Notes under the pieces: generated by a model
Seen by the model: only the letters and a program-made list of their open reading frames with translations
Told to the model about the DNA's origin: nothing
The model's database searches: none
Part shown: positions 1 to 8,222 of the stretch, piece after piece
How positions within the stretch are numbered: the first letter of the stretch is position 1
How the letters are laid out: every line of letters begins with the position of its first letter
Made by a program: the position numbers and the translations under genes
IMG/VR virus record: IMGVR_UViG_3300012925_000002
Direction: 5' to 3' (one strand)
DNA from: a virus
DNA: 56,016 bases

Positions 1-123
1 CGATCACCTCACGCAAGGGTTCCAGAGCGAGTTTGCGAAACGCGACACGGTCCTTGAAAACAACCGGGTCGAAACCTCAATGGCGATCGCGCACGCGTTC
101 CACAAGGATGGGTTCGAAAAAGC
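1..123. repeat. Terminal direct repeat, left copy (identical to 55894..56016)
   Basis: Read directly: 123/123 identical. Typical assembly overlap of a circular or terminally redundant molecule. Confidence 0.95.
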
Positions 124-517
124 CTTCGAGGCGATCAACAAGCTCAACCCGAACAACCCTGACGACCGGGTAACCGTCCAGCGCATCTACAAATCGCCCA
201 ATCCGGGCGAAGCCTTGGTGAGCTGGCACAAGCGTTCGCAAACCCTGGCGGAAGTCGGCGATGACCCGGCGGCCTACCGGGAGCGCGTCGCCAAGGAAAC
301 CCGCGAAGCCCTGATGAAGGACCCCGAGTTTAAAAAGCAGTTGATCGCCGAACTTCGAGGCGAGGCTGCGACCGGGGACAATGGTAATCCGCGTACCTCA
401 ACCCGCTTGCCTCAGTCTCTGCACCGCGCGAGCGGCTCCAATCTCGGGGCCGATCGAACCGATACGCGCGCGTCAGATAGTTCCGAGCAAGCGCTCGCCG
501 ACGCCGCCTGGCGCTGA
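2..517 (+). CDS. Scaffolding-like protein, C-terminal part (continues 55328..56016 across the junction)
   Basis: Same frame as the open frame starting at ATG 55328. The overlap joins them in frame (..FVDHLTQGFQSEF..). Lies between portal and capsid genes. Confidence 0.7.
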   Translation, partial: DHLTQGFQSEFAKRDTVLENNRVETSMAIAHAFHKDGFEKAFEAINKLNPNNPDDRVTVQRIYKSPNPGEALVSWHKRSQTLAEVGDDPAAYRERVAKETREALMKDPEFKKQLIAELRGEAATGDNGNPRTSTRLPQSLHRASGSNLGADRTDTRASDSSEQALADAAWR

Positions 518-636
518 TCCACTTCTCGATTTTGAGAGTGTCCGGCCGCCGCGCTTCATGCGCGGGCTGAAGCAGACTGCTTTGACGATTGAGAGTGCCG
601 ATCAGCGCGGGCCTTTGACAAAAGGACACCGCCAAC

Positions 637-1800
637 ATGGCGCTCACGACCACTGCCGCAAACAACAAACTCGTTGTCTACCGCAAGGAAGTCTACCGCG
701 AATACGTTCGCGAAAATCTGTTCTCGCCCTATATGGGAACGTCGCTGAACTCGATCATTCGGGTCATCACCGATCTCGACAAGGGCGGGAAGAACGGCGG
801 CGAGCAGATCAATATCCCGCTGCGCGCCCGTCTCAACTCGCAAGGCGTCGGCTCCGGCCAGTTGCGGGGCAACGAAGAATCCCTCGACAACCAGGGCACC
901 CGCTTCTGGATCGATTGGGCCCGCAACGCGGTCACGATCAACAATGCCGAGGAACAGAAGTCCTCCGTAGATCTGTGGGGCGAGGTCAAGCCCGCACTGG
1001 TCGATTGGGGTCAGGAAAAGCAGCGCGACGAAATCGTCGACGGCTTCTACGCGGTCCCCTCGCAGGCGGCTCCCGCCGGTCTTGGGTCTGCCAACGGCCA
1101 GCGCGTCAACGGCGTGCTATTCGATGCCGCGACCGCTGCCCAGCGCAATACCTGGATTACCGACAACGCCGATCGCCTTCTGATCGGCAGCGGCAATACG
1201 GCGAATCTGGTCGCCGGCAACTTCGCGGCTTCCATGGCCAACATTACCGGTGCCATGACGCTCTCGGGTGCGCTGGTCAACCGCATGAAGCGGTCGGCAA
1301 AGAAAGCCAACCCCCGGATACGCCCCTTCAAGCTGAAGGAAAACGGAACCGAGTGGTTTGTTCTCTTCGTGGGTCAAGAGCAGTTCCGCGACGCGCAGAA
1401 CGACGCGGACATCAAGGCCGCCAACCAGAACAGCCGCGCGCGCGAACAGCAGGGTTATCTGAAGAACCCGATCTTCGTCGACGGCGACTTGCTCTACAAC
1501 GGCGTGATCATCCGGGAAATTCCCGAACTCTCGTTGCGGCTGCCCGTGTTCTACCAGGGTGCTGGTGCTGCCGGCATTCAGGTCGCACCCGCGCATCTCT
1601 GCGGTCAGGGTGCGGTCGCCTGGTGTTGGGGCAAGATGCCGACGCCGACCTTCCTGAAGGAGGATGATTATCAGTTCCTCCGCGGCGCCGGCATCAAGAT
1701 GGCGTATGGCGTTGGCAAGATCGCCAAGCTCAACGCCGCCGGCAACTTCAAGGATTGGGGCGTCTATACCGGCTTCTTTGCCGCGGTCGCCGACAATTAA
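637..1800 (+). CDS. Major capsid protein (HK97-fold type, N4 gp56/DUF4043-like by eye)
   Basis: 387 aa directly after the scaffold gene. N-terminus MALTTTAANNKLVVYRKEVYREY.. resembles this capsid family. High GC3. Confidence 0.8.
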   Translation: MALTTTAANNKLVVYRKEVYREYVRENLFSPYMGTSLNSIIRVITDLDKGGKNGGEQINIPLRARLNSQGVGSGQLRGNEESLDNQGTRFWIDWARNAVTINNAEEQKSSVDLWGEVKPALVDWGQEKQRDEIVDGFYAVPSQAAPAGLGSANGQRVNGVLFDAATAAQRNTWITDNADRLLIGSGNTANLVAGNFAASMANITGAMTLSGALVNRMKRSAKKANPRIRPFKLKENGTEWFVLFVGQEQFRDAQNDADIKAANQNSRAREQQGYLKNPIFVDGDLLYNGVIIREIPELSLRLPVFYQGAGAAGIQVAPAHLCGQGAVAWCWGKMPTPTFLKEDDYQFLRGAGIKMAYGVGKIAKLNAAGNFKDWGVYTGFFAAVADN

Positions 1801-1884
1801 GGCCTGATGAATACCGGCGCGGCACCAACGCCGCGCCGCCTCATCTCTCAACCATCATTCATCGGGCCGAGGAGGCCTCTCATC

Positions 1885-2499
1885 ATGAAGACTAAACTCT
1901 TGCGCATGCTGGCGGGTATCAACGCTAATGTGCTTGTCGCGCTCGGCATCGCTTCGCTGGTCGCGGGCCCTGCACTTGCCACCACGCTGACGATCACGCC
2001 GCTGCAGAACCTGCCGCCGCGGGTGATGACGACGCAGCAGACACACTATGTCCGCTTTGCGATCGACTTTGGTGACTGTCCGCTTCGCGCGGCGGATACC
2101 GCGTGTTCGTACCGTGTCGCCTCGCTGCCCTACAACGCGTTCCTGGTGTCGATCTCAAAGCAGATCATCACCACCTTCAACCCGACCACGTCGGCGACGA
2201 TCGCATTCGGAACCTCCGGCCAGTCGGCTGGCCTGATGGCGGCATTCAACGTGTTCACGGGACAGGCGACGACCGCCGTCTATGACACGTCCTTCACCGG
2301 GGCCGGCGAACTCGTCACGGGTGCGAACGCAACTCCAACCGGCCAGAATGGCGGCTTCGACATCTACGCCACCTATACTGTCGGCGCCGCCGGCAGCCAG
2401 GGCACGCAGGGCAGGGCGATCTTTATCATCCAGTACATCGCGCCCAACGATGGCGACTGCATCTCCGTGCCGCTGGGTGCTACCGCCCCATCCTGCTGA
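1885..2499 (+). CDS. Exported hypothetical late protein (Sec signal peptide, 4 Cys)
   Basis: RBS GAGGAGG upstream of ATG 1885. N-terminus MKTKLLRMLAGINANVLVALGIASLVAGPALA|TT. Cys pairs GDC..TAC and GDC..PSC. Confidence 0.6.
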   Translation: MKTKLLRMLAGINANVLVALGIASLVAGPALATTLTITPLQNLPPRVMTTQQTHYVRFAIDFGDCPLRAADTACSYRVASLPYNAFLVSISKQIITTFNPTTSATIAFGTSGQSAGLMAAFNVFTGQATTAVYDTSFTGAGELVTGANATPTGQNGGFDIYATYTVGAAGSQGTQGRAIFIIQYIAPNDGDCISVPLGATAPSC

Positions 2500-2579
2500 C
2501 GCTCTCGATCCCGCCTCGTCCCATACGAAGCGGGATCGATCCTTAAGCCGCCTTTAATTTTTAAAGCAAGGAACCAATC

Positions 2580-3113
2580 ATGGCACGCATGCCGAAACCG
2601 ATGACCGAGGGCGATGAGCCCGAAATGAAGTCGTTGACTGAATCCGTGACCTATATTCCGGGATTGGGAGATCCAAACAGCGTGACATGGTGTGGTCACA
2701 CGTTCCGCGCCAACATCGCCAAGGAAATCACGGGGCATCCCGGCGGCTCGGAACGAGAACGGCTCAACCATCAGCTGATTGAGCGCGCGCGCGACAACAA
2801 ACATTTCAGTGTCGGCCAAGGACGCGCGCCAAGGCGCGATTCTCACGGGCGGCCCCAGACGGCGGAAGAATACCGCGCCTACATGGTGGGTTGGTTGCAG
2901 GACCCTGCAATCCAGCACGCTGATCAGTTGATCGAGCGGTTCGCGCAGGATCGCGATTTGCAGACTTCCTGCGAAGTCGGATCGGATGATTTTTCCTATC
3001 TCTCGACGCTGTTCATGCCAAAGCTGCATGAATTCGCCAAGGGTGACGAGTTGACCGAAGGGCAGGTTGCTAGCTTGTGGATCAACCACGGCATCAACCA
3101 GTTGCCCTGGTAA
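2580..3113 (+). CDS. Hypothetical virion-module protein
   Basis: 177-aa ORF in the late operon with good GC3. No recognisable motif. Confidence 0.6.
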   Translation: MARMPKPMTEGDEPEMKSLTESVTYIPGLGDPNSVTWCGHTFRANIAKEITGHPGGSERERLNHQLIERARDNKHFSVGQGRAPRRDSHGRPQTAEEYRAYMVGWLQDPAIQHADQLIERFAQDRDLQTSCEVGSDDFSYLSTLFMPKLHEFAKGDELTEGQVASLWINHGINQLPW

Positions 3114-3119
3114 CGATCG

Positions 3120-3521
3120 ATGGCGGTCACTTCTCCATACCGATCATCTTCCGACCTGATTACCGAGGCGCTCGCCAATCTTGGCGTGCTCGCCGCGGGT
3201 CAGGCGATCGACCCGGAAGATTTCAACTGGGTGAATGAGAAGCTGGACTCCATCTACCGCAAGCTTGCGGGGCTCGAAATCTGCTACGTTCCTGACCCGA
3301 ACAACATCCCGGGCGCGTGGTTTTCGGATCTTGCTGACATCGTTGCCGGCGAATGCGCCAGCAAGTTTGGCCTGGTCGGTCAGGAATTCATGGACAAGGT
3401 CAACAAGGGTCTTGGTGGTGTCGGCAGCGTCGATATCGGCGCCGGCACGGCGGCCAAGTCGCTCAAGATCATGTCGCGCGGCAAACCCACATATGAGCCG
3501 CTGCGGTTCTGCAACTTCTGA
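3120..3521 (+). CDS. Hypothetical protein (head-tail adaptor position)
   Basis: 133-aa ORF. TGATG coupling to the next gene. Function suggested by position only. Confidence 0.55.
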   Translation: MAVTSPYRSSSDLITEALANLGVLAAGQAIDPEDFNWVNEKLDSIYRKLAGLEICYVPDPNNIPGAWFSDLADIVAGECASKFGLVGQEFMDKVNKGLGGVGSVDIGAGTAAKSLKIMSRGKPTYEPLRFCNF

Positions 3522-5227
3522 TGGCCAGACCCTCGCCCATTCCGTTTCCGCTGTCGTCGTTTCCGGGCGCCAACCCGCAAGAGGGCGCCGGACGGCTGAT
3601 CAATTGCTACGCGGAGCCCTTGGGTGAAGCGTCCAAGCCGTCGGCGCCGGCGCCGGTTGTGTGGCGTGGATCGGCCGGGCTTTCGCAGCATGCGATCACG
3701 CCTCAAACCGGCTACCGCGGCGGCTTGTTGGTCAAGAATCTGTCGTATGAGGTGTTTCTCAATACCGCCGTGACGGTTGATGTGGCGGGGGTGACGAACA
3801 TCCTTGGCGCGTTTCCCGGCGCGAAGAAAGTCTCGATCGCGCGCAACCAGGCCGCCGCTCCCGATGTGGTCGCCGTCGATGTCGACAACGGGGCGTATCA
3901 ACTATCAACCGGTGGAGCGCCGGCATTCTACAACGCCGCCGGCATACTGCCGCAGCCCAACGGGGTGGCGTTCCAGGACGGCTATCTGTTCTTTACGATC
4001 GCCGACTGCCGAGTGTTTGCAACCGCGCTGAATTCGCTCGCGATGAACGCGCTGACCACGATCACGATTCAAGCCAAGTCCGACGTGACATTGCTGCGGC
4101 CGATTCCCTTCTCTGGCGTGATGCTGTTCTTTACCACGGGCCATTTCGAGGCATGGCAGGACGCCGCCAACGTGGCACCGAACTTCCCGTATGGCCGGCT
4201 GACCATCGGCGAGAAGGGCCTGATCCAGTCGGCCGCGATCGCAGGCTTTGAGACCGGTTTTTCCGAGCTGTTGTGGGTGGCACAGGATTTCCGGGTCTAT
4301 TGGATGCGGCCTGGCTCGCTCGATCCGGGCGATGCCGTCTCGCCGCCTGATCTCGACCGGCTGATCGAAGTGCAGGTGCGCGCCGGCAACCTGATCGAGG
4401 CGGGTTGTTACTCGGTTGGCGGCAAGAAGTTCTGGCATATCTCCTCGCCGGCATGGTCGTGGGAGATCAATCTCTCGACCCGGAAGTGGACCGAGCGCTG
4501 GTCGTGGAAGGCTGGACAATACGGCCGCTGGCGCGCCACTTGTGGTCATCCGGCGTTCAATAAATGGCTGGTCGGCGATCAGCAGTCCGGCAACATCCTG
4601 TTCGTCGATGACGTGAATTTCTCGGAAAACGGATCGCCGATGCTGTTCCGGATTGAATCCGGCCCCATTCGGGATTTCCCGCAACAGCAACGCATCGCGC
4701 GCGCCGACTTCGATTTCGTGATGGGCGTCGGCGCGGTGACGGGCAACTATCAGATGACGGTGCTCGGCACAGCTTCAGGGACCGGCGGCAATGTTCGCCT
4801 CACCGTCAACCAGACGTCGCAGGCCAAAAGCGGTGACGAAGTCCAGATCGCCAATGTCGGCGGTACTGTCGAAGCAAACGGTGTGTTTCCGATGACCGTG
4901 GTCGATGCCACGCACATTGAAATTCCCGTGAAATTCGTCAACGCCTATACCGCAGGCGGTACCGCGATCGATATCACGGCTCCCGTGGGTGCGGTCGATC
5001 CGCATGCGGCGATCTCGTGCTCGAAGGATGGCGGACTATCGTTCGATAACCCGTCGCTGCGCTCGATCGGACAACAGAGCAAGACCAAGCGATCTCGGGC
5101 TTCGGTAAAGAACCGGGGTCAAGGCGGCCCGATGGGCGTGCGCTGGCGGATCGATATCACCGATCCCGTCTATCGCGGCTTGATGGGGGCTTCGATGTCA
5201 TCCGACCCGCGTGAAGTCTCGCCATGA
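3521..5227 (+). CDS. Large virion protein, candidate tail-tube/head-completion protein
   Basis: 568 aa. N-terminus ..PFPLSSFPGANPQEGAGRLINCYAE.. is reminiscent of P22 gp10-type proteins. The functional call is tentative. Confidence 0.6.
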   Translation: MARPSPIPFPLSSFPGANPQEGAGRLINCYAEPLGEASKPSAPAPVVWRGSAGLSQHAITPQTGYRGGLLVKNLSYEVFLNTAVTVDVAGVTNILGAFPGAKKVSIARNQAAAPDVVAVDVDNGAYQLSTGGAPAFYNAAGILPQPNGVAFQDGYLFFTIADCRVFATALNSLAMNALTTITIQAKSDVTLLRPIPFSGVMLFFTTGHFEAWQDAANVAPNFPYGRLTIGEKGLIQSAAIAGFETGFSELLWVAQDFRVYWMRPGSLDPGDAVSPPDLDRLIEVQVRAGNLIEAGCYSVGGKKFWHISSPAWSWEINLSTRKWTERWSWKAGQYGRWRATCGHPAFNKWLVGDQQSGNILFVDDVNFSENGSPMLFRIESGPIRDFPQQQRIARADFDFVMGVGAVTGNYQMTVLGTASGTGGNVRLTVNQTSQAKSGDEVQIANVGGTVEANGVFPMTVVDATHIEIPVKFVNAYTAGGTAIDITAPVGAVDPHAAISCSKDGGLSFDNPSLRSIGQQSKTKRSRASVKNRGQGGPMGVRWRIDITDPVYRGLMGASMSSDPREVSP

Positions 5228-5463
5228 CGTTGCCGGTCAAGAATAGATTCGATCCTCAATACGCGCTCAATTCGGCGGGGGCCGCGTCGCAGACGTTTCG
5301 GGATTACCTGTCGAAACTTGACGCGTTGGTTGCGGCACTCGCCGCCGGCAACGTTTCGGCTAATCTCGTCAATGCCGTCGATGATGCCGCTGCTGCTCTC
5401 GCCGGCGTCAATGTCGGGCAGCAATACCGCAATGGTTCAATCCTGATGGTGAGGGTCGTTTGA
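5224..5463 (+). CDS. Hypothetical small late protein
   Basis: 79 aa. ATGA overlap with the upstream gene and TGATG overlap with the downstream gene. Confidence 0.5.
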   Translation: MTLPVKNRFDPQYALNSAGAASQTFRDYLSKLDALVAALAAGNVSANLVNAVDDAAAALAGVNVGQQYRNGSILMVRVV

Positions 5464-6344
5464 TGGGCATCTTCGATATTTTCACGACGGATGATCAAGA
5501 GAAGGCCGCGCAGGATCAGATCGCCGGCCTTAAGACCGGACAGTCGCAAGCGACCGGCAACATCAATTCGGCGATCGGCTCGCTCAACACCAACTATACT
5601 TCGGCGCTGCAGCCCTACCTGCAAAACCAGCAGATGGCGAATGCCGGCACCACACAACTTGGCAACGTGCTGGGCCTCAATGGTCAGGGCGGCAGCGATG
5701 CTGCGCTGACGGCGCTGCGCAACACGCCCGGCTATAAATTCCAGCAGGGTACGCTGGATGACAGCGTCAATGCCGCGGCTGCCGCCAACGGTACGCTTAA
5801 TTCCGGCAACCAGTTGCTTGCCTTGAACAAGGTCAACCAGAGCCTCGCGGACTCCACCTACAACAACTATGTCGGCCAGCTGCAGCCTTATTTGGGGGCA
5901 TCGAACGCGGCGGCGGCGGGTGGCGCGGGCGTTCAAACCGGGCTTGGAAACGCCGTGGCGGGCCAGCAGGATCAACTGGCCAATCTCAATTACTCGACCG
6001 CGACCGGCATCGGAAACGCCAATGCGAACGCTGATCTGGCGGGGCTCACGGCGAGCGGAAATATTATTAAGGCTGGCACCGGCGCTGCAAGCATGCTTGC
6101 GTCGATGTTCTCCGACGAACGGCTGAAGGAAGACATCGAAGAGGTCGGCTCGCTTCGCGACGGCCAGCCGGTCTACAAGTACCGCTATATCGGCAGTCCC
6201 GTGTTCCAGATCGGGCTGATGGCACAGGACGTGGAGAAGACGAATCCCGATGCCGTGACCGAGATCTCAGGCTTCAAGGCGGTCAATTACAACAAGGCGA
6301 CTGAGTATGCCGCCGATCTGTCGCGCTTTCTTGAGGCCGCTTGA
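5463..6344 (+). CDS. Tail fibre/needle protein with C-terminal intramolecular chaperone (peptidase S74) domain
   Basis: C-terminus ..MF|SDERLKEDIEEVGSLRDGQPVYKYRY..GLMAQDVEKTNPDAV.. is the classic S74 auto-cleaving chaperone signature. Confidence 0.8.
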   Translation: MGIFDIFTTDDQEKAAQDQIAGLKTGQSQATGNINSAIGSLNTNYTSALQPYLQNQQMANAGTTQLGNVLGLNGQGGSDAALTALRNTPGYKFQQGTLDDSVNAAAAANGTLNSGNQLLALNKVNQSLADSTYNNYVGQLQPYLGASNAAAAGGAGVQTGLGNAVAGQQDQLANLNYSTATGIGNANANADLAGLTASGNIIKAGTGAASMLASMFSDERLKEDIEEVGSLRDGQPVYKYRYIGSPVFQIGLMAQDVEKTNPDAVTEISGFKAVNYNKATEYAADLSRFLEAA

Positions 6345-8221
6345 TGGCCTTCGATAACGGCGTCGCGGTCCCGGGTGGTGCGAGTTACACGGCGCCGCTA
6401 CTCGACTTCACCGATATCGGAAAACTGCCGAGCGTCTACCGGCAGGCTGGATTTGACGCGCAACAGAAAGAGCAGAACAACCAGCAACAGCAGCTCAACG
6501 CACAGCGCATCGCCGATAATCAGCGGCAGGCCGAGATCGCCCAGACCTTCAAGGGCGGACTTCCGGTCGATCCCGCAACCGGCGCGATCGATTACAAAAA
6601 AGCAGTCGCGATGCTGGCGCAAAGGGGTGATACCGCCGCGCTGTGGAACGGCGCGGACGCCATGCTGTCGCAGAGCGCCACCAACATGTCGCCGATGCTC
6701 ACGGGCGGCTCGCAGCCGTCGCAGGGACGGCCGCAGGGCGCTCCGCAAGGCCAGCCAACCTCGCTCCCAGCAAAGCCCCTGCCACCGCCGGCCGCAGGAT
6801 CCCCGCAGGGCGATCCGGGCACGGGGACAATCGCCTCGATCGTGACAGATAGGTTGCCGGGGCAAGATGCCGTCACGGGCCAGACGATTGCCAAGATCGC
6901 GCAGACGATGGGTATTGATCCAAACGCCACGCTGACGCCGGGGCAGTTGCGCCGCGCGCAAGGCCTGATCCAGCGCTATGTGCCCACGACCGAGACTCCG
7001 GCGGGTAAGCCACAGGCTGCCGCGGATGCAGGGCCTGGCGGGCAGGACACGTCGTTCAAGGATCGGTTTGGTGGGACTGATGGCGGCACACTCCCGCCGT
7101 CGGCGAATGCCGTCCAGCCGGCGCCACCGGCTGCCGCACCCCCTTCAGCCGATGGTGGGCGGTCGCCGGCCGGACAGCCGCAGGCGGGTGCGCCGGCGCA
7201 GGCTCCGCAGCCTGCGCCAATTGGCGCACCCGCGGCTCAACCTCAAGCCCAGCCGCAACAGCAGCCGCTGCGGCCGCAGGTCCCATTGCCGAAAGGCTTT
7301 TCCGATCCGCAAGCGGCAATCCTGGCGCTGCGCACGGAAGCCGCAAGATTGTCGGCAAACCCACGGGCGCGCGGACAGGTCGATGAATTGAAGAATTGGG
7401 CAGAACGCATCGAGCAATCGATCCAGCCGGTCGAAATGAGCGCCGGCAAAACGATGCTGGATCCGAGAACCGGCCAGCCGCTATATCAGGGTAACCAGCC
7501 GACACTTTCTCCGGATGCGGTCAATGCCGCCGCGGAGCGCTACCTCGAAACCGGGCAGTTGCCGCCGAACCTCGGGCGCGGCGTGCAAGGCTCGGCCACG
7601 ATGAGTGCCATTCAAAACCACGCGACGGAACTGGCGCAGCAGCGCGGCATCGACATGGCGACGCTGCCGTCGAAGTGGCAGGACTTCAAAGCCCAGCAGG
7701 TTGCGAAGCAGCGCTTCACGTCCGGCCCGCAGGGGAACACCATTCGGTCATTCAATGTGTTGGTGGACCATCTCGATACGTTAAGTAATGCGGCTGCGGC
7801 ATTGAAGAACGGCGATATTCGTCGCTTCAATAGCTGGAAGCAGACATGGGCAGCCGAACAGGGCGAGACAGCCCCGACGAATTTCGATGGAGTGAAGGCT
7901 CTGGTTGGCGATGAAATTGTGAAAGCCGTGGTCGGCAGTGCCGGCGCACTGGCCGATCGCGAGGAAGTCAAGAAGGATCTCGATCGCGCGTCCTCGCCAA
8001 AGCAACTCGCCGAACTGGTCGAAAATTATAAGAAGCTTGCGCTCGGTCAGCTTCGCGGGCTGCGCAAGCAGTATGAGGTTGCGACCAAATCGAAGGATTT
8101 CGGCAACATGCTGCTACCTGGCACGCTTGCCGCGCTTGGTGGCAATAAGAGTGAGGAATCAGCGTCTGGCGTCTCGGTCAGCGGCACGACGCCCGGTGGC
8201 GTGAAGTGGAAAGTCGAATAA
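6344..8221 (+). CDS. Internal virion/ejection protein candidate with a long P/Q/A-rich tract
   Basis: ~625 aa after the needle gene. Low-complexity PQ/PA region at about aa 120-320. Function suggested by position only. Confidence 0.55.
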   Translation: MAFDNGVAVPGGASYTAPLLDFTDIGKLPSVYRQAGFDAQQKEQNNQQQQLNAQRIADNQRQAEIAQTFKGGLPVDPATGAIDYKKAVAMLAQRGDTAALWNGADAMLSQSATNMSPMLTGGSQPSQGRPQGAPQGQPTSLPAKPLPPPAAGSPQGDPGTGTIASIVTDRLPGQDAVTGQTIAKIAQTMGIDPNATLTPGQLRRAQGLIQRYVPTTETPAGKPQAAADAGPGGQDTSFKDRFGGTDGGTLPPSANAVQPAPPAAAPPSADGGRSPAGQPQAGAPAQAPQPAPIGAPAAQPQAQPQQQPLRPQVPLPKGFSDPQAAILALRTEAARLSANPRARGQVDELKNWAERIEQSIQPVEMSAGKTMLDPRTGQPLYQGNQPTLSPDAVNAAAERYLETGQLPPNLGRGVQGSATMSAIQNHATELAQQRGIDMATLPSKWQDFKAQQVAKQRFTSGPQGNTIRSFNVLVDHLDTLSNAAAALKNGDIRRFNSWKQTWAAEQGETAPTNFDGVKALVGDEIVKAVVGSAGALADREEVKKDLDRASSPKQLAELVENYKKLALGQLRGLRKQYEVATKSKDFGNMLLPGTLAALGGNKSEESASGVSVSGTTPGGVKWKVE

Positions 8222-8222
8222 G

